Positions 39,522-49,870 of a stretch of DNA of 64,000 nucleotides are shown piece by piece (positions within the stretch are counted from its first letter, which is position 1; each line of letters opens with the position of its first letter). The stretch is from Bacteroidaceae bacterium (GTDB taxonomy: Bacteria > Bacteroidota > Bacteroidia > Bacteroidales > Barnesiellaceae_A): positions 96,767 through 160,766 of the forward strand of contig JAFUOV010000012.1 in assembly GCA_017481745.1 (NCBI GenBank), written 5' to 3'. A program made the translations under genes and the position numbers. The notes under the pieces are model-generated. The model was given only the letters and a program-made list of their open reading frames with translations, made no database searches and had not been told where the DNA came from.

Positions 39522-42500
39522 ATGTTAAGAATGTTAATGAACTTTCGCGCAACTGTCGCAGTGCTGTTTTTAGCCATTGCGTGCAGCGTGTCGGCACAGA
39601 CTGTTACCATAAAAGGTACGGTAACAGATGCTAATGGCGAGCCCGTCATTGGCGCGTCTGTCTTGGAGAAGGGTACAAAGGTCGGTGCTTCTACCGATAT
39701 AGATGGTAACTTCTCGCTCAAGGTTACGGGGAAAAATCCCCTCGTTGTATCTTATGTGGGTATGGATACTCAAGAAGTAAACATTGCCGGTAAGACACAA
39801 GTAAATGTAGTATTGCAAGAAAACTCGCAAGTGCTCGATGAAGTAGTAGTAATCGGTTACGAAACGGTGCGTAAGAAAGACCTCACCGGCTCGGTATCAT
39901 CACTATCTTCCAAGGCTATAGAGAATGTCCCCGTAGTGAACGTGGCAGAGGCTATGTCGGGTAAATTGGCTGGTGTGAATGTTACCACTTCCGAGGGTTC
40001 GCCCGATGCCGAAATCAATATCCGCGTGCGTGGTGGCGGCTCTATTACACAAGAGAGCACACCTCTTTATATTGTCGATGGTTTCCCCGTATCGAGCATC
40101 TCTGATATTTCGCCTGCCGATATCCAATCTATCGACGTTTTGAAAGATGCCTCATCAACTGCTATTTATGGTAGCCGCGGTGCCAATGGTGTGGTTATCA
40201 TCACTACCAAAACTGCCAAAGAGGGCAAGTTCTCGGTAAGCTACGACGGTACTTATGGCTTCAAGATGATAGCCAAGACACTCGATGTGATGTCGCCTTA
40301 CGAGTTCGCCAAGAGCCAATATGAGCAAGCTGTTTTGCAAGATAAGTTAGACCGCTATCAAGGTTCTTTCGGTCTTTTCCAAGATATCGACCTCTACCAA
40401 GAGATGCGTGGTATCAATTGGCAAGACGAGGTGTACGGAAATACCGGTACATACTTCTCGCACAACGTGAGTCTCTCGGGTGGTACCGAGAAGGTGAGCT
40501 ATTTGGCATCATACCAACACACCGACGAGAATGCCATTATGCTCGATAGCGATTACAAACGCGACAACTTCTCGTTCAAGATGAATGCCAAACCGCTCAA
40601 ATGGTTGAAAGTCAACTTCAGTACTCGTTACAGCAATATGCTTGTAACCGGTGCAGGTGCCAACGACTCGAAACAAGGTGGTGGCGAGTCATCAACCAAC
40701 GACTCTCGCTTGAAACACACCGTTATCTTCCCGCCCATCAGTGTTACATCGCTCTATGAGGATGACGACACCGACGAGGATGTGGTAGGTTCGCTCGTGA
40801 AACCCACTACCGCTATACAAGACAACTACAAGAACCGTCGTCGTCAACTTTATAGCATCAATGGTGGTGTTTCTATCAATTTCATTAAAAACCTTCAATT
40901 CCGCACCGACTTTGGTATAGAAGGTCGTGTCGATGAGGATAAGATTTATAAAGGTTCTTCAACCTACGATGCTCGCAACTCTTCGTTGGCTCCCGGTATG
41001 CCTATTGCAACCATTACCGACAAGGATACTCAACGCCTGCGCAACACCAATACATTGTCTTACAAGTGGACTTCAAAGAACAAGGCTCACAACCTCAATG
41101 CAATGATTGGTGAGGAGATGACTATTACATCGGCAGTTACCAAGACCAATCGTGTCGAAGGTGTGCCCACATCATTTACGCCTGCCGAGAGCTTTGGCTA
41201 CTTGACCGAGGGTATGCCCGCTTCTATTGCCAATGAGTATGCCTACGACGATCGTTTGCTCTCGTTCTTTGGTCGTGTAGGTTATGACTACTTGGGTCGT
41301 TACCTCATTACAGCAACCTTCCGTGCCGACGGTTCAAGCAAGTTTGCTCCCGGCAATCAATGGGGTTACTTCCCCTCGGCTGCTGCTGCATGGCGCATCA
41401 GCGACGAGTCGTGGATGGAAAACGCTTCAAATTGGTTGAGCAACTTGAAACTTCGTGCCAGCTACGGTATTGCCGGTAACAACAACATTGCTGCCGGACA
41501 ATATATGAAAATATATTCTTCAAGTACCGAGTTGTGGATGAATGGTTTTAACTCTTATTGGACTCCAGGTACAACACTCAATAATACCGACATCAAGTGG
41601 GAAACAACCTATACATATAATATAGGTCTTGACTTTGGTTTCTGGAACAACCGCATCAATGGTACATTAGATTTCTATCAGAATGATGTGAATGACTTGC
41701 TCATCGACTTCCCCATACAAGGAACAGGTTACAAATCGGTTACTCGCAACATCGGTGCTACCCGCAACCGCGGTGTCGAGTTGGCTGTGAATGCTGCGCT
41801 TGTCAATACTCATGATTTTACGCTCGACTTCAACTTCAATATCGCTTACAACCAAAATGTTGTAATGGACTTGGGTGGTCTTGAGTTTATCAGCGGAAAC
41901 TCTGGTTGGGCAGGTTCTGAAATTCAAGAAGACTATCGTGTCATCGTAGGACAAGCCATGGGTCAGATGTGGGGTTATGTAACCGAGGGTTACTACACTG
42001 CCGACGACTTTACATGGGATGGCAATAAATGGGTTGCTAAAGATGGTGTCGTAGACAACAGTGCTATGACAGGTAGTTCTTGGGGACCCGGTGCCTTGAA
42101 AGTGAAAGACTTGGACAATAATAATGTGATTGATGAAGATGACCGCACCGTTATTGGTAGCGCAATGCCCGACTTTACCGGTGGTTTCGGTCTTTCAGCT
42201 ACATACAAGGGTTTTGACCTCTCGGCTGCATTTACCTTCTCGATTGGCAACGAAGTTTACAATGCCAATAAGTTGGAATTTACCAATACCAGCAAGTACT
42301 ATCACCGCAACCAACTGTCTATAATGGGTAGCGAAAACCGTTATACACAGATCGATTGGGCTACCGGTGAGCGCATTACCGATCCCGAGGTACTCAACGA
42401 GATAAACAAGAATGCCAATATTTGGTCGCCCGTAATGCCCAAATATGTATTCCATTCTTGGGGCGTTGAGGATGGTTCTTTCTTGCGATTGAACACCTTG

Positions 42501-42719
42501 ACATTGGGTTATACCTTGCCTACTCATTTGACCAAACAAATATACGTTCAACGCCTCCGCGTATTCTTCACCGGTACCAACTTGTTCTGCGCAACAAAAT
42601 ATACCGGCTACGATCCCGAGGTGAGCACTCGTCGCAAAGTACCCTACACACCCGGCGTAGATTATTCGGCATATCCCAAGAGCCGAGGCTTTAACTTTGG
42701 TGTTAATATAACATTCTAA
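39522..42719 (+). CDS. SusC/RagA family TonB-dependent transporter
   Basis: GTVTD..GEP.IGA, DLTGSV, IRVRGG.S, LKDASSTAIYGSRGANGVVIITTK, KWETT, terminal Phe. Confidence 0.96.
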   Translation: MLRMLMNFRATVAVLFLAIACSVSAQTVTIKGTVTDANGEPVIGASVLEKGTKVGASTDIDGNFSLKVTGKNPLVVSYVGMDTQEVNIAGKTQVNVVLQENSQVLDEVVVIGYETVRKKDLTGSVSSLSSKAIENVPVVNVAEAMSGKLAGVNVTTSEGSPDAEINIRVRGGGSITQESTPLYIVDGFPVSSISDISPADIQSIDVLKDASSTAIYGSRGANGVVIITTKTAKEGKFSVSYDGTYGFKMIAKTLDVMSPYEFAKSQYEQAVLQDKLDRYQGSFGLFQDIDLYQEMRGINWQDEVYGNTGTYFSHNVSLSGGTEKVSYLASYQHTDENAIMLDSDYKRDNFSFKMNAKPLKWLKVNFSTRYSNMLVTGAGANDSKQGGGESSTNDSRLKHTVIFPPISVTSLYEDDDTDEDVVGSLVKPTTAIQDNYKNRRRQLYSINGGVSINFIKNLQFRTDFGIEGRVDEDKIYKGSSTYDARNSSLAPGMPIATITDKDTQRLRNTNTLSYKWTSKNKAHNLNAMIGEEMTITSAVTKTNRVEGVPTSFTPAESFGYLTEGMPASIANEYAYDDRLLSFFGRVGYDYLGRYLITATFRADGSSKFAPGNQWGYFPSAAAAWRISDESWMENASNWLSNLKLRASYGIAGNNNIAAGQYMKIYSSSTELWMNGFNSYWTPGTTLNNTDIKWETTYTYNIGLDFGFWNNRINGTLDFYQNDVNDLLIDFPIQGTGYKSVTRNIGATRNRGVELAVNAALVNTHDFTLDFNFNIAYNQNVVMDLGGLEFISGNSGWAGSEIQEDYRVIVGQAMGQMWGYVTEGYYTADDFTWDGNKWVAKDGVVDNSAMTGSSWGPGALKVKDLDNNNVIDEDDRTVIGSAMPDFTGGFGLSATYKGFDLSAAFTFSIGNEVYNANKLEFTNTSKYYHRNQLSIMGSENRYTQIDWATGERITDPEVLNEINKNANIWSPVMPKYVFHSWGVEDGSFLRLNTLTLGYTLPTHLTKQIYVQRLRVFFTGTNLFCATKYTGYDPEVSTRRKVPYTPGVDYSAYPKSRGFNFGVNITF

Positions 42720-42733
42720 TACAGATAATAACA

Positions 42734-44656
42734 ATGAAACATATAGCTTTTAAAACATTATTGGTTGCGGCTTGTGTCGCGCTGGTAGGTTGTGAAGATA
42801 CTCCGTTCTTGAAGGTTGAAACAGAATCGGGTATGGACGAGAGCCTTGTCTTCTCAAAAGTAGAAACAACCGAAGGTCAGATAGCCTCGATATACCACGT
42901 GATGGGTGAAACAAACGCATACCGTAACAACCTTACCAACAATATGGGTGTAAACACCGATATTGAGTTGCAGTCGGGTAGTGCCGATTCTGATGCTCCT
43001 ACTGCCGACAACCGCCGTTCTTTGGCAATATATATGCACACTGCCGGCTTGGGCGATAACTGGAATGCTACCGACGGTAAAGACCCCTTCTCGCAAATCT
43101 ATTCGGCTATCGAGCGCTGTAATAACGCCGTAACAGGCATCGAAGCTTATGGCAATCCTCAACCCGGTACTCACATGGGTGCTTTGTATGCCGAGGCTCT
43201 TACACTGCGTGCATTCTTCTACTTCGACCTTATCAAGTATTGGGGCGATGTTCCTGCTCGTTTCGAGCCGTTGACTATGGAGACTGCATGGATGCCCAAG
43301 AGCGACCGCGTAGTGATATACAACAAAATACTTGAAGACCTTGCCACTGCCGATAAGTATGGCGCATGGCCCGGCGAATACTCTTATACTACTGTCGAGC
43401 GTGCCAACCGCGGTTTTGCAAAGGCGCTGCGTGCTCGTGTTGCCATGAGTGCTGCCGGCAAGGCTTTGGTGCGTGTCAATCGCGACTTTGAAAAACCCTA
43501 TACTGCCGGCGATGATCCCGGTGAAATCAATTGGGTGTTCCCCGATGAGGCTCGTCGTGCCGAGTTGTGGGGTATTGTAAAAGCCGAAACCGAGGAGTTG
43601 CTTGCATCGGGTTACTATACTTTCCCCACCGAGCGTGGCTCATTCGAGCAATTCTGGCGCGATATAATGAGCGACGTGATATCGGTAGGTCGTGAGTCGG
43701 TATTTGAGATTGGTTTCCGTACCGGTCGTGGTCGTGTGGCACACACTTTTGGTGCATACCACGACGATGCCGACAAATATGTGTCTAAGAAAATCAGCCC
43801 CTATTTTATAGCATCACCTATCTATTACTATCGCTTCCAAGAGGGCGACGTACGTCGTGATGTAACGGTTGTTCCTTATAAATATGTGAAGAGCGACAAG
43901 AAACTCATTGGTAATGCCGATGGTTTCCAGACATTGTCTTCTATCAATAAAATGTACTTTGGCAAGTTCCGCGCCGAGTATCGCGACATCAAGAGTGTAG
44001 GTATCCTCACCAATGCCGAGAATGACGAAGGTATCAACTTCCCCGTTATGCGTTTGGCAGACGTCGTTTTGATGGCAGCCGAGGCAAACTGCATGTTGGA
44101 CAATCAACCCAAGGCGCTCGAATATCTTACCATGATACGCACGCGTGCCTTTGGCGGTACAGGCGCAATGGACAAGATACCTCACAATATCGGTTCAAAA
44201 GCCGGTATGCTCAAGGCTATCAAGGACGAGCGTATGTTTGAGTTTGCCGAGGAACTTATTCGCAAGCAAGACCTCATCCGTTGGGGCGAGTTGAAAGAGG
44301 CAATGGATATTGCCAAGGAAGAGACAGCCGAGTTGCGCGAGTGCATTGGCGACTTCAGCTCGATGATGGAAGATGGCGAGCCTCGTCCTGTATATTATCG
44401 CTTGAAATCGGACGGCGAGACACTCGAATACCACAATATCGACCCCTACGAAAGCACCTTTACTCCGGCTGTGGGCGAAGAGTGGCAAGAGGCTAAATGG
44501 GCTAATGGCGAAAGCAATGATGTGCCTTACTTGTCGGACGAGACTATTGGCAAGATCTACTACCAAGGCGATCCCGACAAACGTCAATTATTGCCTATCA
44601 TGTCGGTGCTTATTACGGGTAGCCAATATACTCTTGTAAATGATTATGGATATTAA
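42734..44656 (+). CDS. SusD/RagB family glycan-binding lipoprotein
   Basis: LVGC lipobox, LRAFFYFDLIKYWGDVP, MRLADVVLM.AEA, ER..EF..E..R..DLIRW. Confidence 0.94.
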   Translation: MKHIAFKTLLVAACVALVGCEDTPFLKVETESGMDESLVFSKVETTEGQIASIYHVMGETNAYRNNLTNNMGVNTDIELQSGSADSDAPTADNRRSLAIYMHTAGLGDNWNATDGKDPFSQIYSAIERCNNAVTGIEAYGNPQPGTHMGALYAEALTLRAFFYFDLIKYWGDVPARFEPLTMETAWMPKSDRVVIYNKILEDLATADKYGAWPGEYSYTTVERANRGFAKALRARVAMSAAGKALVRVNRDFEKPYTAGDDPGEINWVFPDEARRAELWGIVKAETEELLASGYYTFPTERGSFEQFWRDIMSDVISVGRESVFEIGFRTGRGRVAHTFGAYHDDADKYVSKKISPYFIASPIYYYRFQEGDVRRDVTVVPYKYVKSDKKLIGNADGFQTLSSINKMYFGKFRAEYRDIKSVGILTNAENDEGINFPVMRLADVVLMAAEANCMLDNQPKALEYLTMIRTRAFGGTGAMDKIPHNIGSKAGMLKAIKDERMFEFAEELIRKQDLIRWGELKEAMDIAKEETAELRECIGDFSSMMEDGEPRPVYYRLKSDGETLEYHNIDPYESTFTPAVGEEWQEAKWANGESNDVPYLSDETIGKIYYQGDPDKRQLLPIMSVLITGSQYTLVNDYGY

Positions 44657-44663
44657 TCTTTAA

Positions 44664-46367
44664 ATGATGAAAAACATGAAACTAATAAATAAATTGGCAG
44701 TATGGAGTATCGCAGCGATGGCTGTGGTATTCACTGCCTGCGAAGACAATATGATAACCGGCGACATCGGTTATCCCGATGAGAATGTTTCTCGTCTTTT
44801 TGCTCCCATTGAGTTCTCTTATGTTTCTCCTATTATCGACGGTTATGAATTGGAGTGGTCGTCGGTAAGAGGTGCCGAAGGGTATTTTTTGCAATTCAGC
44901 GAGGACTCGCTGTTTAACGAGGGCGCCGACGAGTATTATGCCGGACACCCCGACATCGTGAGAACAGTCTATGCCGATACCGTTTTCTCGCCTGTGGGCA
45001 AAGCAAAAGTTACAGGATTGGGTCTTGACCATGATCTTTTCATCCGCGTGTCGGCTTTTGCTGCCGGTGTCGGACAGTCGCATTGGTTGGTATCGAGCAA
45101 GTCGTATAAGACCCTCGACCGCCCCTTGGTTGAGATGCTCAAGCAAGTAGACCGCAACGATGTATATGCCAACGAAGCTACCGTATATTGGTATGTCGAC
45201 TCATTGGTAAATCATCCGATGGACCAACTTATCATCAAAGTTAATGGCACCGAGGAGGAGACCGTTGTTACGCTCGATGCAGCTACACAACAAGCCGGTA
45301 GCTATACATTCACAGGCTTGCTCGAAGGTACAACCTACCTTGTGCGTGGTCATGACAGCTCTATTGAGGGCGAGTTTGGCGATTACAACGAGGTTTCGTT
45401 CAAGACCAAGAGTGGCGCGGGCGATGCTGTGGTATATGATGGCGTTGAGAATTTCAACGAACTCATTGCTCGTTTGCCCAATGGTAGCACTATTTACATT
45501 CCTGCCGGTATGTATGTTACTTGTGTAGGTTCAGAGGGCAATCCTTCAAATATTATCATCGACAAAGACCTCACTATTCGCGGTGAGAGTAGCACCGAAG
45601 GCAAGCCTACTATCTCGGTGAAAGAGTTCCGTTTGTCAGGTCTTCTCTCAAGCGTTACCTTCGAGAATATCAAGCTTGAAGGTCAATCGGGCTGGAGCTA
45701 TGTGATCAACTTGCACAAAGACCAGAACTTCCTCGGTTGCGATGAGTTGGCATTTATTGATTGCGAAATAACAGGTTATGGCAATGCTATCGTTCGTCAC
45801 CAAGCCGCCGAAGCTACAGGTCTTGGCAAGATTACCGTCGATAACTGCTATGTTCACGATATGAACGTCGAGGGCTCACAAAGCTACGCCATGTTTATGT
45901 TTAAGAATACCGACTACTTTGTCAATGAGTTCGTTTTAACCAACTCGACATTCTACAACATCGGTACAAACATCATCGAGCACCGCTCTAAAGCCGGAGC
46001 CGGTCGCAACTGTAACGCTACAATCAAGAATTGTACTTTCCAAAATTGCGGTAAGAACTCTCGCTACATGTTTGACTTTGGCGATACCGATAGCGGTAAC
46101 ATCCTCTTCGAGAAGAACCTCTTTGGTGCAGTGATGGATCCTGCTACACACAAGGGCTATCGTGGTAAGACCGTTAGTGGTGATGTTGTAAACTGCTACG
46201 CAACCGACGACTTTGTCTTTGCCAGCGCAACCGACATCTTGGGCAATGCAACTCCTCTTGGTGCTGCTGCAGCCGATGTATTTGTCGATGCCGCCAATGG
46301 CGACCTTACCCTCACCGGTGCCGCTGCTCCCTACGCTGGAACTATCGGCGACCCCCGCTGGTGGTAA
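44664..46367 (+). CDS. Surface glycan-binding lipoprotein with Fn3 and beta-helix domains (DUF4957/DUF5123-like)
   Basis: FTAC lipobox, SRLFAP, Fn3 motif FTGLLEGTTY, beta-helix repeats (NSTFYN, NCTFQN), C-terminal GDPRW. Confidence 0.8.
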   Translation: MMKNMKLINKLAVWSIAAMAVVFTACEDNMITGDIGYPDENVSRLFAPIEFSYVSPIIDGYELEWSSVRGAEGYFLQFSEDSLFNEGADEYYAGHPDIVRTVYADTVFSPVGKAKVTGLGLDHDLFIRVSAFAAGVGQSHWLVSSKSYKTLDRPLVEMLKQVDRNDVYANEATVYWYVDSLVNHPMDQLIIKVNGTEEETVVTLDAATQQAGSYTFTGLLEGTTYLVRGHDSSIEGEFGDYNEVSFKTKSGAGDAVVYDGVENFNELIARLPNGSTIYIPAGMYVTCVGSEGNPSNIIIDKDLTIRGESSTEGKPTISVKEFRLSGLLSSVTFENIKLEGQSGWSYVINLHKDQNFLGCDELAFIDCEITGYGNAIVRHQAAEATGLGKITVDNCYVHDMNVEGSQSYAMFMFKNTDYFVNEFVLTNSTFYNIGTNIIEHRSKAGAGRNCNATIKNCTFQNCGKNSRYMFDFGDTDSGNILFEKNLFGAVMDPATHKGYRGKTVSGDVVNCYATDDFVFASATDILGNATPLGAAAADVFVDAANGDLTLTGAAAPYAGTIGDPRWW

Positions 46368-46389
46368 TAATTGTTGATTAATTAAATAG

Positions 46390-46428
46390 AAAACCACGCT
46401 TACCCATTGCGAGTAAGCGTGGTTTTTT
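46390..46428. terminator. Bidirectional intrinsic terminator
   Basis: AAAACCACGCTTAC/GTAAGCGTGGTTTTTT between convergent genes. Confidence 0.88.
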
Positions 46429-46521
46429 GCTTCATGCAACGTTGCGAAGGCTGTAGTAATATGCGCTCACTCGCTTGTTGCGTATCGTGGTATATTGTTT
46501 CTGCGGTTTGATTATTCTTAT

Positions 46522-47943
46522 TTAGACTTTCTTTTCGATGCCGCGGCGTTGAGCTTCGTCGAGCATAAATTGCCATGCAGCCTCGCGCTCGTTGGGTATG
46601 ATGCCGTCGAGAATGGCATTTTTGATGGCACTTTTCAGCTCGCCTACTTCGCGCGAAGGGGGTAGGGCAAAGTACTCCATAATCTCCTCACCGCCAATAG
46701 GGGGCTGGAAGTTGCGCACGCGGTCTTTCTCCTCTATCTCGGCAAGTTTGCGGCGTACAAGGGCAAAGTTGTCCATGTATCGGCGCACCTTCTCGGCGTT
46801 GCGCGAGGTGATATCGGCTTCGCACAGCATCATCAATTCGTCGATGTCGTCGCCGGCATCAAAGAGCAGTCGGCGTACGGCAGAGTCGGTTACTATCTCC
46901 TCGGCAAGCACAATGGGGCGCATGTGCAGCTCTACAAGTTTCTGCACATACTTCATGTGCTCGTTCAAGGGTAGCTTCATGTAGCGGAATATGCCGGGTA
47001 TCATCTTGGCGCCAACGAAGTTGTGGTTGTGGAATGTCCAACCCAAGTGAGGGTCGTATCGTTTGGTGCGAGGCTTGGCTATATCGTGAAAAACAGCAGC
47101 CCAGCGCAACCACTCGTTGCGCGAGCGCAGTGCTACGTTGTCGAGTACGGTGAGTGTGTGGAAGAAGTTGTCTTTGTGTCCGTGCCCATCTTTGCTTTCG
47201 ATGCCTTTGAGGGCTGCCAATTCGGGGCAGATGTAGGGCAGCAAGCCACTCTCTTCAAGAAGTAAAAATCCGCGCGAGGGGATGTCAGAGCGAATAATCT
47301 TGCCCAACTCGTCGGCGATGCGCTCGCGCGAGATGATTTTTATACGCTCTTTATTTCTCTTTATCGCATCGAATGTGTCGGGGTAGATGCGGAAATTGAG
47401 TTGTGTGGCAAATCGGATGGCACGCATCATGCGCAGGGGGTCGTCGCTGAAGGTTATATCGGGGTCGAGCGGTGTGCGTATTAACCCACGCTCTATATCG
47501 CTCATACCGTCGAAGGGGTCGACCAACTCGCCGTAGCGGTCGCTGTTGAGGCATAGCGCCATGGCGTTGATGGTGAAGTCGCGGCGGTTTTGGTCGTCTT
47601 GCAATGTGCCATCCTCCACAATCGGCTTGCGCGAGTCGTGCGAGTATGATTCGCGTCGTGCACCTACAAACTCCACTTCCCACAGCTCTTTGCCCTTGCG
47701 GTATTTGACTTGAGCCGTACCGAAGTTGCGAAATACCGATAGGTGTGCTCCGCGCCCCAGTCGACGGCACAACGCCTCGGCAAGTTCAATGCCACTGCCA
47801 AGGGTTACCACGTCAATATCTTTCGATGGACGACACAGCACAATATCGCGCACGTAGCCGCCTATGACGAAGCAAGGTCGTTGCATCTCGTCGGCTACTT
47901 CGCCTATGAGCTTGAATATAGGATGTGTGAGGTGTTTCTGCAT
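46522..47943 (-). CDS. cca: CCA tRNA nucleotidyltransferase with HD domain
   Basis: IGGYVRD...DID, RRDFTINA, DDPLRMMRAIRF, SRERI, HDIAK. Confidence 0.88.
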   Translation of the reverse strand: MQKHLTHPIFKLIGEVADEMQRPCFVIGGYVRDIVLCRPSKDIDVVTLGSGIELAEALCRRLGRGAHLSVFRNFGTAQVKYRKGKELWEVEFVGARRESYSHDSRKPIVEDGTLQDDQNRRDFTINAMALCLNSDRYGELVDPFDGMSDIERGLIRTPLDPDITFSDDPLRMMRAIRFATQLNFRIYPDTFDAIKRNKERIKIISRERIADELGKIIRSDIPSRGFLLLEESGLLPYICPELAALKGIESKDGHGHKDNFFHTLTVLDNVALRSRNEWLRWAAVFHDIAKPRTKRYDPHLGWTFHNHNFVGAKMIPGIFRYMKLPLNEHMKYVQKLVELHMRPIVLAEEIVTDSAVRRLLFDAGDDIDELMMLCEADITSRNAEKVRRYMDNFALVRRKLAEIEEKDRVRNFQPPIGGEEIMEYFALPPSREVGELKSAIKNAILDGIIPNEREAAWQFMLDEAQRRGIEKKV

Positions 47944-47997
47944 CAAATTCTCATTTTATGTTATCGCCACCGGCATGGGCTTTGAGCCCGATGCCTA

Positions 47998-49173
47998 TCA
48001 GTCGAGTGGCATTATCTCTTCGGTAAAGTCGGTGAGGTTTTCGCATCCGTCGGCAGTGATGAGGTAGGTGTTCTCGATACCTACTGCACCTGTTCCGGGG
48101 ATGACAAATTTGGGCTCAACGGCAATCACGTTTCCTGCCTCAAAGACGTCGCGCGAGCGGGGGGCAAGTACAGGAGCTTCGTTTATCTCTATACCTACGC
48201 CATGACCTATGAAGCCGGCTTGTTGGGCATGTCCCATAAAGTACTCTGCCAATCCTGCCTCCTCTGCCATGCTGCGAGCCAAGTTGTATACGTCGGATGC
48301 CTTCACGCCGGGGCGAGCCATTGCGGCTATGGCATGGTGTATGGCAATAGAGCAGTTGTGCGCTTTGTGTGCCAACTCGCTGAGAGTGCCTACCGAGTAG
48401 GTGCGCGATATGTCGGTCATATAGCCGGTGAAGTTTCCGCAAAGGTCTACCATGGTACTCATGCCCGGTTCTATTACTGTACCATTGCAACCTACGGGCA
48501 GAGAGGCATCAAGACCGGCACCACCCATGGCAAAGTCGTAGGGCGATGGGTTGTCGGCGTTGTCGCCACTGATGAGGCTGCCCATAAATACCTCCATGCT
48601 GGGACCTGCTACGCGGAAGATACCCAAGCATCCGGCGCGGCGCAAGCGCGATTCTATCTCTATTTGCAACTCGGCATCGGTCATACCGGGACGGTAGATA
48701 CCTTGCAAGTTCTTGTATACACTCATGTGCCCTTGTGCCGATATGCGTATCTTTTCTACCTCATAAGCTGTCTTGGTAGAGCGTACATATCGCATGATGG
48801 CCGAGCCGTTTGAGGCTGTGGCTTCGGGAAATACCTTGGCAAGACGAGCTATGTCGCTATACGACATGAAGTCCATCTCGAGTGCTATTGTTGCGGGGGC
48901 ATTGATACCGGCTTGTTGCAGCAATGCGGGTATCTCCTCGGGCTTGCGTATGTAGGTAACGTCGTCGCCTTTGAGCAGGGCGGGGCGTTTCACGTAGTAG
49001 TGCATGTAGCCTTCGCTGTTGATATATACGTAGCCGCTGAATACGCGACCTGCCATATAGTAGTTGTTTACGTTGGTGCCGAGCAGAATGGCATCGGTGT
49101 TCATCGCTTTCAGGGCAGCAACGACTTTCTCTTTGCGAATGTTTATTTCGGGTGCAAAATCTTGTGTGTACAT
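47998..49173 (-). CDS. Xaa-Pro aminopeptidase family (M24)
   Basis: VD...GY.TDISRT, GHGVGIEINE.P, AVEP, GIE. Confidence 0.9.
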   Translation of the reverse strand: MYTQDFAPEINIRKEKVVAALKAMNTDAILLGTNVNNYYMAGRVFSGYVYINSEGYMHYYVKRPALLKGDDVTYIRKPEEIPALLQQAGINAPATIALEMDFMSYSDIARLAKVFPEATASNGSAIMRYVRSTKTAYEVEKIRISAQGHMSVYKNLQGIYRPGMTDAELQIEIESRLRRAGCLGIFRVAGPSMEVFMGSLISGDNADNPSPYDFAMGGAGLDASLPVGCNGTVIEPGMSTMVDLCGNFTGYMTDISRTYSVGTLSELAHKAHNCSIAIHHAIAAMARPGVKASDVYNLARSMAEEAGLAEYFMGHAQQAGFIGHGVGIEINEAPVLAPRSRDVFEAGNVIAVEPKFVIPGTGAVGIENTYLITADGCENLTDFTEEIMPLD

Positions 49174-49222
49174 ATAGTGTAGAGTTTAGGGTTTATAGTT
49201 TAGGGTTTAGGGTTTAGGGTTG
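49174..49222 (+). repeat. Tandem 7-mer array, consensus AGGGTTT (TTTAGGG), 7 units
   Basis: ATAGTGT AGAGTTT AGGGTTT ATAGTTT AGGGTTT AGGGTTT AGGGTTG. Confidence 0.9.
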
Positions 49223-49857
49223 ATTGCCGATTTTTCAAAGTGCTCTACAAGTTGAGCGAAGGTGTCAAACCGCAAATCGTATTGGTCGGTCTTGCCAAAT
49301 CCGTAGCTCATCCATGCAAAGGGTATCCCGGCTCGGTGTGCCTCGCTGCAATCGCCATCGGTGTCGCCTACGTATATGGGGTGTCGCAGGTTGTACTTCT
49401 CGACGAGTAGTTGCATATTCTCGGCTTTGCGTAGACCGGTGTTACCGTAGGCTATGGTGTCGGTTATGTAGTCTTCTATTCCTGCAAAACGCACAAAAAT
49501 GGGTAGCTCCAAGTCGTCGCAGTTGCTAAGCATGAATAGGCGATAGTGTTGCGCCAATCGGGCTACACCCTCTTGCACGCCATCGTACAGCTTGCCACCT
49601 AATACCGGCAGTTCACTACGCACAAGTGTGCCTATTGTCTTGAGCAGATGTTCGACGCACTCTTCGGGGACAAAGTGCCGCATGATGTCGTCGATGGGTG
49701 TACCTATCAGTGCCAATAAGTCGTCGCGCGTGATGCGACGGTCGTAGCCTTCAATTTCAAATGCCTTGTTCCATATTGTTGCATAGGTGTCTACGGCATC
49801 CCACATGGTGCCGTCCATGTCAAATATGATAGCATCTGTATTGCGGTCTATGGTCAT
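49207..49857 (-). CDS. HAD family hydrolase/phosphatase
   Basis: IIFDMDGTMWD motif I, LSN, K, YVGDT..D. Confidence 0.92.
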   Translation of the reverse strand: MTIDRNTDAIIFDMDGTMWDAVDTYATIWNKAFEIEGYDRRITRDDLLALIGTPIDDIMRHFVPEECVEHLLKTIGTLVRSELPVLGGKLYDGVQEGVARLAQHYRLFMLSNCDDLELPIFVRFAGIEDYITDTIAYGNTGLRKAENMQLLVEKYNLRHPIYVGDTDGDCSEAHRAGIPFAWMSYGFGKTDQYDLRFDTFAQLVEHFEKSAINPKP

Positions 49858-49870
49858 TGTTGCAACGTTC

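Noticed and set aside
49174-49222. Plant telomere contamination or chimeric join
   Set aside because: The array is short, degenerate at both ends, and continuous with intact bacterial ORFs on both sides.
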